Assembly: GCA_973895155.1 (NCBI GenBank)
Contig: OZ316892.1
Coordinates: forward strand, 1-64,000
Length of the DNA stretch: 64,000 nt
Reading direction: 5' to 3'
DNA from: Marsupella aquatica
Taxonomy: Eukaryota > Plantae > Marchantiophyta
Position numbers and translations under genes: made by a program. Within the stretch, counting starts at the first letter, position 1; each line of letters begins with the position of its first letter. Positions 1-13,376 of the stretch are shown one piece after another. The notes under the pieces are model-generated. The model saw only the letters and a list, made by a program, of their open reading frames with translations, made no database searches and had not been told where the DNA came from.

Positions 1-651
1 CTTTGCGTAGCTACATGCTCACGAATCCGGTCATCCCTGTTAGGTTCGCGTTACCACTTTTACACGGCCTCTCGTCAAGTCCTTTGGGCACACAATTCCT
101 AGTAAGGGCCCTACCTATATACGTATACTGGATGTTCTTCTGCGTTTCGACCTTACATTGCTGGGCAACTATACTTCTCACCTCTGAGCGCCCAAGGAAG
201 CGGGACAGAATCTCTTTTTCAGCCCGGGATACTGTCCATCCTGGTTCAAGTCCTGCTCATTTCTTGCATGACGTCTCCTGCTGCCTGAGCTCCTTTTATT
301 TCCCGTCACAATCTACATCAATTTTGTTGCCACTTGCTCGTTACTTGCTTGTTGCCACTTGTCGTCAATTCTTCGTTTTGTATGCACGACACTTCAGTTG
401 CAAAGGGTTCTTTCTTGGAGGGCGATAAACAAGAGCACTCGCGCCATAGTTTTTCAGAGGGCAATGTGCGGGTATGACGGTGGGTTGCTTTGGGGTTTGG
501 ATGGAAGATCTTCTCATACTTTTTCTTCTCAGAACTTGTAGTTTTGATTCTCAAGTTTTGATGGCAAAGCTGGGATGATTCGTAAACGAGTCCAGCAGGA
601 GGAATTTGATCCTGGAGAAGATACCGCTACTGCTATCAAATTCAGAACAAG

Positions 652-903
652 AGTGTTATTACTTGGACCAGCATGATTGCGGGATACGCTAGGAGTGATC
701 ATGTTCAATCTGCACTCGACATTTTCAATCTAATGCGCCAAGAAGGCGTGAAGCCAAATGAGATCACGTATCTGAGCATCCTGAATGCATGTGGCAGCCC
801 ATTAGCTCTAACATGCGGAAAATAAATTCATGAGCATGTTCGACAGGTCGGCTTTGAATCATCCGTGCGTGTAGGGTCTGCTCTCGTACTGATGTACGCT
901 AAA
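652..903 (+). pseudogene. PLS-class pentatricopeptide repeat (PPR) fragment
   Basis: Manual translation SVITWTSMIAGYARSDHVQSALDIFNLMRQEGVKPNEITYLSILNACGSPLALTCGK*IHEHVRQVGFESSVRVGSALVLMYAK matches P/L-type PPR motifs. In-frame TAA at 823-825; truncated on both sides. Confidence 0.85.
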
Positions 904-3900
904 TAGTTCGCATTTTGACCCGAAGCTGCCCTGACGAGATGTCAAGGTCTCTCTGGTTTGAGAGTCGAATGACGGATTGTGAATGAATGAGTTGACAAAG
1001 ATCCACAAATGATTTTTGACCTGAAACGACTTCACCATCATGTGAGCCTTCCGAATCATAATGAAGTCCTTCCAAAACATCAAACACATTAGTCTTCAGG
1101 ATGTCAAAGTGTTCCCTGAAGAGCTTCTTGGCTTCCTCTTCAAATTTAGTTGCTGCAAACTTCCGAGCGAGTTTGAGCATCTGCCGTACATTATCTACTC
1201 CTAATCGTCGGCAAAACTCAGTGTCGATGATTAATTATTTAGCATCTAGAACAAATTGGAAGGGATATCTAGTGAAGGCCGATCGCGATGTAGCAGTGAT
1301 GACAAAACAACGTTGTAGGTCCTGTTTGGAGGCCAATTCAACGACGGTGGTTTGTATCAGCCCATCAAAAGTGGAATAATGATCAGCGGAGGTCAACTAT
1401 TTTTGTAAATTTGTAGCGGGTCCTAGTACAGAACCATAGTACTGAAAGTTGCCCTTTCTTTTCCCGAGGGGACATTTATGGCAGGACGTGATTGTTTCTC
1501 ACCTAGAGATAGCCGATGGCATCACAATCTCTCTGGTGCTCCAGCCAAGCACAGCTCCTTGTTCCCAGAGCTACTGTCCAGAGTGCTAACTTACGTAGTG
1601 GCAGTCCTAGTGTGAATCAAGCTTTATCAGGCCCCAATAAACCTGACAGAGCGGCTACATACTGAGGCTTGATTCCAATCTTATCTGAGCATGCTTTGTC
1701 CCAGAGCGGCTACATACTGAGGCTTGATTCCAAGCTTATCTGAGCATGCTTTGTCCCAGATGGGAAGTCTGACCTCTGGGTCCCGCCCCGTAGCATCTGC
1801 TCGTCCCAGTTGTTTATCGAACTGTCCCCATCGCCCATTTGATCCCTAGGCTGTGTACAGCTGTAGCCCCTTTTCCTCCTTGCCCCCGCACTTCCGAATT
1901 GCAGCTTGAATGAATGTGCACTTTGTAGCCGACTGAGCAGCCAGGTGGATCAAATCAGCTTTAGTATTATGTCAGTCTTTTCCCTTTGGCCCAGTGTCCA
2001 AAGCTGCTGACATGGCTGTTCTAATCACATTGGCTTGCTACAACATTACTCCGACAGCATCTACTCTTAGTGACCCAACAGCATCGCGATCCCTAACTAC
2101 TCCGCCGAATTTTCCAAAGCTCAGCACAGTATTGACTTTACACGTGACCTCTTAAGCAAACCATTCATTCCTGTAGACTCAAGCAAGCGATGCTCAGAGT
2201 CTCATCGCCTTTCGCAGATCATTGGGGGGCAACAGACCACCGGCAGCACTTGAGAGATAGAATGCATGTCGACGCGGGAGCTCAATCACCACTGAACAGC
2301 CCCGCCTGGCATAAGGTTTCTTTACTCTAAGTACACACCAAACGCTCGTCCGCCGCAATGACATGAAAATCCCCCTCAAAACAAAATACATTGACGACAT
2401 CACTGTTTTGAGAATACAAGGATTACAGCAGTGCAAATATTTCGTCCACTAGGATCTCCACTTCTCCAGTCAATCAGTCCAAAGTAGGCGTTGAGATTCT
2501 CCGAATGATGAAACCTGTCCGGTAGAAGACTTTGGAACGCGCAACACTGCAACATGACCGAGTCACGTCAACGGTGCCCACATCTTGCGAACAACTCACT
2601 TTTGCATATTGTGTCGAGTTGCAAACGAACAAACCGGGATGCTGCTGTCATCTCTCGCTCTCTAGTCCCCACGGCCGATGTCGTCATTCTTTCTTGTGAG
2701 ATGTTTGGTTTTTTCATTTTCAATACCTTTGCGGACCCACTTGTTAGTGAGCACATGGGTCCTATGTTTTGCAGGGCCACAGGGATCCGTGTGTTTGAAG
2801 GTTGAGCGAATTAGTGAAGCGGCATATTGGGTTTAGGGTTGCATTCTCTGGCTCGTGGGGTCCCGCCTTCATTTCTTCATCGTTTTGCTTCTCGTTGGAC
2901 TATCGCAGCTTGAGTTTTTCAACTGGGCTTGTTACCAGTCTTGTCGTTTGAGCTTCATCGAGGAGTCTCTAACATGTGTACTTGTCACTCGTCTGGTTAG
3001 ATCGACTTTGTATCGACTGCTGCTGCCAACAGATCCTTGTGGTGTTCTCCCTTCTCTATTTCGAATGTATCTTCTCTCCATATATAGTTAGATCTGATCG
3101 GTAATTAGCTATTGCATCTCTCAATTATTTTGCACTTTATTAACTCAGGGTGCAAACATGGGATCATTAATTTGGCACTGCGAATGTGTTGGAATATATA
3201 TATTGCGCGTTGTTTTATGGGAGAAAGGTGCGAAAATAGTCCCAGCTAGATAATACACTTGACCTCCCGTGCAAATCTGATATTCAGGCCTGTGTTAAGT
3301 GCATAATTTCTTTTCGCTTCTAAACACTATTTTCGGTGCTTCATTCGTGCAAAAGAGAAAAGTTTTTGTTGTGATTATGTTGTGCCTCCCCCTAGAGTCC
3401 TGTGGGCAGGATATATAGAGATGGATACTCCGAGCTTGTATAGGAGGAGAGATTGATGGACAATGGTTTAATTACCAAAGAGGCGATTTGATCGCATGCA
3501 CAAGTATGCAGAGAATGATGTCATTGTCCCGGCAAAGTTTAAAGAGTTTCTGAACGCAGAGCAAGGTGAAACCGAGGTTGGGTGATGCCGAGAAGATCAT
3601 CAATGAGCAGATGGCTCACTAGAATACGATATTGATGAAAGCAAAGCACTCCTTCACATTGGATGCATTCCTCCAGTACCTTCTCGACCCGATTGTCAAC
3701 ATTGCTTACTTAAACAAGGTGAGACAAAACTAGACGCGTCAATTTTTCCGTTTCTCATGTCTCGAGTAAGGCACGAATTAGAGTGGAGCCAATCCAGTAC
3801 TTCACAGTGAATTCTAGCACACTATTGTGGCTGCGGTAGTCGGAAGATTGTATAAAGCTGTGAAGAGGGTCTATATATGGCGGATCTTTAGAGGTACGGA

Positions 3901-3975
3901 TGGCTCATAGGCAGTTTTGTGACTTTCGTGGTCGGAAGCTGCCTTCAATCTGTCCCTAGATAAGGCTGGGAAATT
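903..3975 (+). repeat. Segmental duplication copy A (paralog of 25327-27750)
   Basis: Near-identical sequence from ATAGTTC(G/A)CATTTTGACCCGAAGCTGCCCTGACGAG to GATAAGGCTG(G/A)GAAAT, with copy-specific indels (e.g. about 2313-2841 and 3082-3378 present only here). Confidence 0.95.
3463..3732 (+). pseudogene. Phosphoinositide phospholipase C EF-hand-like exon fragment, degraded copy
   Basis: Paralog of 27196-27471 with a small frameshifting deletion near 3580 and a GAG>TAG change at 3620. Confidence 0.75.
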
Positions 3976-5609
3976 GGCATAGAGACCTTGCCATGTATGT
4001 TGTATGAGATTGTGGCCGTTTCAGCCAATTCTTTTGATGCTTCAATCAACCGAGTGGTTGTTGCACCTCACTGGTCACGTCAAGTGAACTACTGTACTAG
4101 CTACTGCGTTTATGTCCACTAAGGCCTCTGGTGGCTGGTCGAGTAGAACTCCCACACCAATAATGAACCTGTTAGCCGAAGCCCGCCACAAAGTTGTTAG
4201 GGGATCGGGACCAAAAGGCTGAGGGCAGCGCCCTATTCTACCCAAAACGCCACTTTTGGAACTTTTTTAAGTAGTACACATTGCGCCTGTTTTTTTCTCC
4301 ACTTCCTGCTACAACTTTTTAGGTTTTGTGATTAGACTGCCTCGCCGCCATCAAAGCTTAACATTGGGCCTTGTAGACTGTTCGAGACTGCCAGCTGATT
4401 TCTCCAAAGGGTCGCCGCTATAGCTTCTCCAAGAGAACGAATGCCACTGCAGCTTCCCCAGCAGAGGGTGGTCAAAAATCTGGATCACGTCCCATAGCCT
4501 GTCCACCTTGCTCCAAGCACTCATAGAGTCTTGAGTTTACGTTGTGTGCACATTGTGCTCCCCGTAAAATTTTGTCATTTCGCGCGCGCGGCAACTTGGA
4601 CTTGGTTCCTCACAATCGCGCATGCGTGGAACTTGTGATTGCTCTGTTATAAAGACTTTCAACAAAGTTTAACTACAAAATCAATTACGTGTCCAAGTTC
4701 GTCTGTAACTGCGGGGCTATTGCCTTTACTTCCCACAATACCGTGATCTCCTTGTTAATCTTAACAAGAGCATCTACACATCTCTTAGCATGTACCCAAC
4801 TCTTAGCATCTACATAACTCTTAGCATCTACGCAAGTCTTCGTTTCCATTGGCAACCATTTCCACTGTGCAACGACCTGCCGAGCAGTACCTCCAGGAAT
4901 TTGGTATAACAATTGTAAGAGAAGGCCAGACATCATAGCCCCTTGAGTGTGCACCTCGGGATCTCCTGGGGGGACATCCATAGAAGGAGATCCTTCTTTC
5001 AATTGGAGAAGAGGGCGTTGAGTGCGGTTCTCGTTGATCCCTTCCCTTCACTGGGGCGAACGGATGAGGGTCTCTACGACAACTCAATGCAGTTCTAAAG
5101 ATTGTCGACAACCCAACAATTGAAAGAGGAATAGAATCTTGATCTGTGGGAATGAGCCCGTCCTTCCAACTTCTTGACATGCCTGGCCAAAGAGCTTGAT
5201 CGATTAACAGAGTCACTGGCCTGCTATATATCAAAACCTTTCATGGTAGTGATTGTCATTCAATCCAGGCATTCATCCAGAGCTAGAGACCTTGCAGTGG
5301 GCACTACTAGTACATAGTTGGACAGCTACAAGATACGGATGTTACATGCTGTTGCTTGAGCATTTAGACAGTGTTTGGTCACTTTAGTCTCTAGAAGATA
5401 TGAATGGTCTTGTTGCTCGCAGAAAATCTAGTCTCTACTTTAGATAGTGATAATACCTAGGTTAGCATGTTCTAAGTTCTTTGTAGTTATTGGCGGCTTG
5501 ATCAGGAATTTTCGATAGTGATAATACCTAGGTTAGCATAATTTCTGAATCTTTGTAGTTATTCGGAACTCAGGAATGTTGGCTCAGTCTTTGGTCTTCA
5601 AATGGTATT

Positions 5610-5775
5610 TCTCTGGTTTTCTCCCCTTTTGTGTGTCTCATTTAGTTGAGATCCTCTGTCTCTTCTCCCCTCTTGTGTGTCTCATTTAGTTGAGATCCTG
5701 TATCAGCTTCTCCCCGTTTTGGGGGGTCATGTAATTGGGATCCTGTCCCTTCTCCCCTTTATTGGGTCTCATCCA
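5610..5775. repeat. Short degenerate tandem repeat (TCTCCCC..GTGTGTCTCATTTAGTTGAGATCC)
   Basis: Three to four adjacent copies of about 43 bp visible by eye. Confidence 0.6.
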
Positions 5776-6072
5776 CAGATTTGGCTCATTTTGTTCTTTG
5801 GTAGAGTGATTCATTTCCATTTGGACCCTCATTAGATGTATGTAAGCTAACGGAACATATTAAACAAATGGGACCTGCCTGTGGGCAAAAACCTATTGGG
5901 ACCACATGTGAACCTTGTCCTCTATCTAGTACCCATTGTTGCTTCTTTCTTGCAGTTATTTTTCATCATTTTGTTACTGATAACAATTAATAAATTGAGC
6001 TCAAAATAATTGATTTAATTAACCTTTGCTGTGTTTGCATTTCCTTTCTAAATCACTTAAGCTGAGGGTAAA

Positions 6073-6480
6073 GTTTAGGGTTTAGGGTTTAGTTTATCTC
6101 TATAATTTGCTTTACTCCATTGTACTTTGTTTGGCCTTTTTCAGGAAATTGGTCCTTAGTTTTCTTAAATGTACTTCTTCCTCGTTTTCTATTTTAGTAA
6201 GGTCTCAATGTGGGGAGAGTTTTGTAGATCAATGAACTTAGAAAGTTTGTCTCTGCTTTGGAGCAATGTCGGCTTAATTTACAGCAGGGGAGTGTGAGTT
6301 CTTTGACAGTACTGGTCTAAGTATCCTAAATGTTAGATTCCCCTCAACAGACCCTACATGTGATCACACATTGAGACTTCACCCCTGGCTGCCTCTCACC
6401 AATATGTGCAACGTGCACTATATATATAAATTAACACACTTAGAATCAACTACTGTAGAAAGTTTAGGGTTTAGGGTTTA
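6073..6480 (+). repeat. Two interstitial plant telomere-like (TTTAGGG)2 motifs, at 6073-6090 and 6462-6480
   Basis: GTTTAGGGTTTAGGGTTT occurs twice. Confidence 0.7.
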
Positions 6481-8295
6481 CTAATGATTTCTTATTAATT
6501 TCTTCTAGTGATGCCCATCTTGCAGTCTTATGTAAACTGTCAGTGAAATAAGTGTCACTCCCCCTATAAAAGAGGGGAGTAAGCCCATTCCCTTCAATTA
6601 TCTGAGCTTTGCCTAAATACACACATTGCACTCACCCATGGTGGAATGTAAGTTTATGGCATTCAAAGTCCAAACTCCAGTTTGACTGCAACCAGCTAAA
6701 TTGTAGGGTGGACTCCCTTGCCAATTAACTGCTGAACTTATTGTTGTTAGTTTAGCAAATGAGTAGCTAAACTATTCACTTAGTTTTCTCACTTTGATAT
6801 CTTTTCCTCACTTTTACTCTTTCTCTCTCCTTGGTATGTTTTCTCATGTCAACATCTTTTGTTCAACGCACGGGCATTGGTCTAGTTATAGATATGAATA
6901 CTCCCTCAAATGCATAGCACAACAGAGTGCCCCAAAAGTGCAGAGATTTTGGTACTCTGGAGCTAGTCTGGATCTAGATATATCCTAATAACAAGGAACT
7001 GGCACTCCAGCTTGCTTTGATGAAAAAAGTCACAATGCCATTACCTTCTTATAAATTTACCCTTGTACATTTTATGGTTCAGATTGTTGAACGATTCAAA
7101 GTGTAAGCTCATATGGGATCCCATCCGGGTCCCATGCATCTAATCATTAAACTGTTAAACCCTTTCAAGGTATTATAAACACTTAATGAACACTCAACTA
7201 TTATTTGATTCCTAACCATAACAATCTTTATGGTGCAACCTCTCGCCAAGTAATGAGTATCCACTGATTCCACCAGGCTACAAGTAGTCAATTCAGATTG
7301 GCGGCAGAAGAATAATCATTTTGCCTTGAGTAACTCTGAAGTGTGATTCATTTATGCCTGGTTTGGCCTTGATTTGTCATCCGTCACACCTGGTCATCCC
7401 GCCCCTATCCTGACACCGTCCCAACCTCATCCCAACCCTATCCCAACCCCACCCGGTCCCAACCACACCCCGTAGGGCAACACGTAAACTTGCCCGTTAA
7501 CTCAAACCGGGCATTTATCCCACACAAAGATCATCCAACCCCAGGGGCAGGTGAATAATCATTATGCATGGAGTAACTCTGGAATGTGACTCATTTCTGC
7601 CAAGGGAAGATCATCCAAACCCAAGGGAATGCAGCACATTGAACATGGTCAGAACATTGAACTACACAAACAAGGAGGGAGCTCGACCTGTACTTGCTCT
7701 AGGTTGGTCTCCTAGTGGTGTTGGCTATGCTGATGAGGAAGAAGCCTGAAGCACTTGTTGCTGCAAGCTGCCTCTCTCCGGCCACAATTCCAGGATCCTG
7801 AAAATTAAGCTTCACACCCTGACTTGGGCGTATGCCCAGGTTGACATTTTCCCTCCCTATCATTCTTATTGTTCGGAGAACATGATTGACAGTGAGTTTT
7901 GAAGTAAATTCTGGTGTATTATCCTTTTCCTTTTAATTAGTAGATATTTAAAAAGCAGAAGGGTTTGCAGAATTTATCACAAAGGACATGGTTACATTTC
8001 ATTATATTGAGTTTATGATGGTTTTATTACATTTTGCTTTGAACTTTTTATTGAATACTCCACGTTTCTCAGATTGCACAAGGGGATCTGGTTGTTGGGA
8101 TGACTTTGTGAGTGCAAAATCTACTTCCTTTAGTAGTTGGGAAGCTATCGGCCCTCTTTCACAAGATATTGCCTTACACGTCATTCAAAAGTAAGTTGGC
8201 TTCAAGCACTATTGTTGCCAATGATATGAAGCTCTACATGCACTTGGACAAATGAGTTTCAGTTTCAGGTTTCTTGTCATTGTTTTTGGTCATCC

Positions 8296-8800
8296 TCAAG
8301 ACACTAAATCCTTTTAGTGTTCTGTGCAGTGTCATTCATGCCAACATTGTACAAATATTGAGGCGAGACCAAGGAAAGAACTGTACACTCCTTGGGACAA
8401 ATCAATAGTAGATTTATGAAGGTGAGTACCTCAACATCAAAATTCCCCCTTTCTCCCCACCTACATGTTGAATTATTCATAAATCTAATGATAAAAATTA
8501 CAACTTACGGCATTTCGGTACTCAGATCTGAAATGGTTCGTGTACTATTTGACCGGAATTGTAATATTTACTGAATTGGAATTAGAATAAACAAATTCAG
8601 TGGATTTGTTTGCTATAGTGTGGGAAAATCTAAAAAAATTGAACACCATAAAATTAAAGTTTACACTTTATTGGATTCTTTGTTATAAAAACATTCTTGA
8701 ACTGTTTGTTAGAAAAGTTCTTAAACTAAAGTCCTCAAGGTTTTGAAGGACAGTATTTTTGAATGGCTATGATCACAGATCTCACCTTTTGGACGTGGTT
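8296..8800 (+). pseudogene. 5' remnant of a fourth TET/JBP-like dioxygenase gene (paralog of 55658-56210)
   Basis: Nucleotide similarity to the upstream exon/intron of the 55961 gene (GAAGGTGAGTACC; TTACAACTTACGGCATTT.GGTACTCAGATCT.AAATGGTTCGTGTACTATTTGACCGGAATTGTAAT). 8597-8800 translates SVDLFAIVWENLKKLNTIKLKFTLYWILCYKNILELFVRKVLKLKSSRF*RTVFLNGY versus SVDVFATVWEDLKKLDTVKLKFALHWILCHDNILELFVKKVLKLESSRFSRTLFLNGY. TGA at 8744-8746. Confidence 0.9.
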
Positions 8801-8833
8801 ACAATTATCCCTATTTTCATTGCTCCCCATGTG

Positions 8834-9320
8834 AATGAGGGTACTTTTATCTCCTGAGGGTACCCTTGTGCATGAGGGTACTCTTATCAGTGAGGGTACT
8901 CTTATCAATGTGGTACATTTATCAACGATGGTACTTAATTAGATCAATGAGGGTACCCTTATCAATGAGGGTACTCTTATCTCCTGAGGGTACCCTTGTG
9001 CTTGAGGGTACTCTTATCAACGAGGGTACTCTTATCAGCGAGGGACTCTTATCAGCGAGGGTACTCTTATCAATGGGTACGCTTATCAACAATGGTACTT
9101 TGATCAGTGAGGGTACCCTTATCAATGAGGGTACTCTTATCTCCTGAGGGTACCCTTGCGTATGAGGGTACTCTTAAGTATCAATGAGGGTACACTTATC
9201 AACAATGGTACTTTGATAATGAGGGTACCCTTATCAGTGAGGGTACTCTTATCTCCTAAGGGTATCCTTGTGTTGGGCCTTGTCCATGAGGGTACTCTTA
9301 TTAATGATGGTACTTTTATT
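8834..9320. repeat. 18-bp minisatellite, consensus GAGGGTAC(T/C)CTTATCAAT
   Basis: Roughly 25 degenerate tandem units; explains the repetitive EGTLIN/RVLLS ORFs. Confidence 0.92.
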
Positions 9321-10519
9321 AGTCATAGCAAGCAACAAAGCGGGCAGGGACCCCATGAAGGCGCCCTGCGCCGGTAGAAGGACTCCAAACGTACTGAAAA
9401 GACCCTAAACCTCACCGGACCAGCATTTTGGGTATTGCAGGGACAAATACCAGCCAAAGTACATGCCTGAATTTACCTGCTCTATATTGGTTCCCTAAAC
9501 CAGAGGTGATTTTTTTCATCAAATCCATACATTGTATCCTAGTTTTTTTCGCACATGATGTACAAACCTACATAATGTGAAAGTGGGGGAGAAGAAAAAC
9601 AGCAAAAACCAAAGCAAGCAAAAAAAAATTCAGCTTTTTCCAGGAAGAAAAAAAAACTTCACCGTCAGGGGGGAAGGAAAAAAAAACTCCAGCTTCAGGC
9701 GCTAGGGAAAAAAACTTGAGGAAGGGCAGGGAAGGAAAAACAATTTGAGCTTCAGGAAAGGGAAACTTTAAGATTTTAGACGATAGGAAAACTTCAGGTA
9801 AGAGTCAAATGTTTTTTTGTAGTATTTGTAAATTAGAGTCAGGAGTTTTGAACTATCTATTCTCTTCGGTGAATTTGTTTTGGCTACCTTGTTCTCTAGA
9901 AAGGCAAGCATTGTGCATCGGTTGAAGTGCAAAGAAGATAGGACGGTATTTTCTTTCCTGGGTATCGATCAATAGACACGTTATTTAAATATGGGGTACC
10001 ATTTATTCTAGTAAACAATTCTCTCATTACATTCAATATAAATGGACCCTAAACTCCCCCTGCCCCATTCTGGTCTGGTCTAGTTTTACTCCTCGACACC
10101 TCCGTATCTATTTCATACTCAGATTATACATTTTCATTTTTACCATCAACCCTAGATTTTCAGAACCTAGAAGCGACGTGTGAGCCGCACTTCACACAAA
10201 TCAAAATTTATTTTCCCCAGTCCCACATGACCTGCCAATTTTCCCTCACACTGGACACTTACATCTAGATAAAAAAACACTACTCAAATGGATGGCTGTA
10301 TGACATAACAAATGTGTTGTACAACACCTCATTTGTGGCCGAAAACTCATTTGTGGCCGAAGACTGTTGGTGTAACAAACAATCTTCCTACTTTACCTGA
10401 CCTGCATGATTACATCATTTCGTCACGTTTATAGTCTTGTGTCCATGTATGTAAAACCCCACATTTTTACAGCCCAGCTTAGTACATTCCTTAATACATT
10501 CATTTGTACTTTAATTATG

Positions 10520-10910
10520 ATTATTAGATTACCCCGGCATTTGCTTCGTATCTATGTGTAGGATTACCCCAGCTTTGTATCCATGGGTGTGGCCAATTTC
10601 CAAACATTAACCTTACTAGTACTTTATTGATTATAAGATTACCCCGGCTTTTGTATTCATGTGTATGGCACAAATCCTAAACATTAATTAATGTATATTT
10701 ATTGATGGATAAGATTACCCCAACTTTCGTATCCGTGTGTATGGCACAATATCCTAAGATTAACTTGTCTAGTACATTGCTTTGTGATTGGATTACCCCG
10801 AGGTTCGGATGTATTCCTAACATTAACCTTAGTTGTACATTACTCGATTATTAGATTACCCTAGCTTGTGCATGATATCCACGTATATGGCCCAATTTCC
10901 TAAATAATAT
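10520..10910. repeat. Degenerate tandem repeat of about 80-110 bp (AGATTACCCC...GTATCC.TGTGTATGGC...CCTAAACATTAACC)
   Basis: Core GATTACCCC recurs about six times with shared downstream sequence. Confidence 0.65.
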
Positions 10911-11979
10911 GAACCATAATACCGCATTACATGACCTCAACTTTTGTATCTCTTACTGACAATGGCCATTTATCATGTAAACAGTGTCAACAGTGTGTGG
11001 TTTTCTCAGAATACTCTAAACCCTAAACCTTGTTCCTTTTCTTTCAATAGTGTTGTGTGGGTTTATCAGAATACTTGGCCTTTACAGATGAACACCTTTT
11101 AAGATTAAGAGTGTACCAAGGGTTAGCGCGAGGTGCAATACAATGCCCACAACAAGATAGATTAGGCAATTCAACCATACTACCCTGCTGTGCCTGTTTG
11201 TTCCCGAAAAAACCTTCACCCATACTGGAAGGTTGCCCATTCAACCTCCTTATAGTAGCAGACTGAACAGAAATCATCACAACTAATCCAAAAACGCAGA
11301 CTACTGGACAGTACAGTGAGTACTTCTGATTATTATACAGTAAGAGTGTGTGTGGTCAGTGATGATGTGGTTTGTCAATAGCTTCTCATCCCACTTTATA
11401 AAAACAACAGTGAGGACAGTCTGACCAGCACCGCATTTCTTCATTAATGAACATGTCTGTTTACGGTAGTCCACAAAACAAGACATTCCACTCGTAAACA
11501 AAATAAGACATTCCACTTAGAGCAGCATTGCTCTCCTATTGTTCAACTGAGTAATCACTTATCAAAGTGGCTTCAACTGTGGCTGTGCGTTATAGAATAC
11601 CCCCATCCCACGTACCCCCCTTCACCTTCAATACTGTAATTTTGATACGTAAAGACTTTCGTGGCTTTTCTCTTTGTATATTTGAGTGCATTAATTCTCC
11701 ATAATGCACCCCTTTTTTTGAGGAGGGGATTATACAAAACACCTACCTGATACTAACACAATATCTATGAATAGAATCTAATATAACTAAAGAAGGTATA
11801 TTTTTGGCCAATTCCATAGCAACCACTTCTTGGATGACCCTTTAATTTGAATTTTCTATTTCAGGGATTCACTTTTTCTTGTTTGTTACCAAAAAGTCAC
11901 TCAAGTTTTTACGTACATTAAATGTCCTAGTTACGGGCATTATATCCCACAATGCCCTCTAACCAGGACATTATCCTAT

Positions 11980-12245
11980 TAATACCCTTCAGAGCACATG
12001 GGCATTAATTTGCATTACCCCAGCCCATGGTGGCTGTGCATTTTAGAATACCCCATCCCTCATACCCCCAACCTTCAAAATACTGTAATTTGATACATAC
12101 ATACCCTTCGGAGCACATTGGCACTTGCATTACCCCAACACATGGTGGCTGTGCGTTTTGGAATACCCCATCCCTCGTAACCCCCAACCTTCAAAATACT
12201 GTAATTTGAAACATACATACCCATCTGAGCACATGGGCATTTCCC
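11980..12245. repeat. Tandem repeat of about 116 bp (two or more copies; related copy at 11578-11645)
   Basis: GTGGCTGTGC.TTT..GAATACCCCATCCCTC...CCTTCAAAATACTGTAATTTGA repeated. Confidence 0.8.
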
Positions 12246-12257
12246 ACGTCCAAAATT

Positions 12258-13376
12258 TTGTATCTCATTTCCCACGTCCAAAATTGAATGGTGACACATT
12301 TGATGCTAACGGAGTTTAAAGGTTTCAACATGAAAGCTATGGGAGTCTACGGTTTAACCGGAAATGTTATGGGAGCCTCCACTTTAACCGGAAATGTTGT
12401 GGGAGTCCATATGCTGAAACTTGGAGACATACCATGTATCGCATGTGAGACACAGCCTTTACATAAGAGTGTTGTATGGTGGGTTGGACAGTGAAGGCGA
12501 TTTGGGTCCTAGGAGTGTCTGAATGGAGTTGCAACACAGATGGAGGTGAGTAGCAAGGCATGGATACCGCAACCATGGATGTTGTACAGAAGAGAAGCTC
12601 CATCACTGCACACTCAGCCTGAAACCATGCCACGCCACTGCCACCAGTAAGCATAAAAAATGCAACCATTCGGAAATGCCTTCGCTCGAAGACTGCATCC
12701 GACAGTGAATGACTCTAATCCATCACTTGCTGCAATTATTGACGATGTCAGTACGCCATCCAAGCGATGCAAGATTCAAGATGCAGATTGAAGGGAATTT
12801 GGAGGTGGCGAGCACAGTCAGGACCAGATTGAAGGCCAGCGACAGGAATTCTCGAAGGCCAATGCTTCCCGACCAAAATACCGACCCAACAATAATGCAG
12901 AAGGGAATTTGAAGGTGACGAGCACATTAAGGAACCAGATTGAAGGCTGGTACAAGAATTCTAGAAGCATTGACCAAGCTTTGTTTCCTTTGTATTTCTC
13001 ACGAACCCAAATTGAATGGTGACACTTTTGATGCTAACGGAGTCCAATGGTTTCAACATGAATGTTATAGCTGCAAAAGACATTTATTGGAAATGTTATG
13101 GGAGTGCGGGACTACAAGTGAGTCACAATGAATGCTAGTGGTGTATGAACACTTAAAAAATAATGTTATGGGAGCCTACGGCAACCACCCGTAAGTCACC
13201 CTAATCAATACTAGTGGAGTTTAAAGGTTTTGATAATAATGTTGTGGGAGTCCAAATAATGAAATGTTGAGACCGTGCACTGCATGTAGGAGACCATGCA
13301 CCGCGGTCCCTAAATACCCTGAAATGGCCTGAAGACCGGCCTCATTGCACGCGCTGTGCAGAGAAGATATATACAG
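12258..13376 (+). repeat. Direct-repeat unit (copies at 15687-16725 and, in part, 15163-15499)
   Basis: TTTGTATCTCATTTCCCACGTCCAAAATTGAATGGTGACAC... recurs almost identically about 3.4 kb downstream; duplicated ORF translations (MVTHLMLTEFKG...) confirm it. Confidence 0.92.

Noticed and set aside
899-1180. 93-aa ORF duplicated at 25332-25604
   Set aside because: It may be another captured exon, but I cannot recognise the family; its conservation is explained by the recent duplication.
8834-9320. Possible CRISPR array
   Set aside because: Contiguous 18-bp tandem units with no unique spacers, no cas genes and a eukaryotic context.
11044-11516. Cys-rich minus-strand peptides (WISCDDFCSVC) resembling a decayed PHD
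   Set aside because: Too short and interrupted to distinguish from chance.
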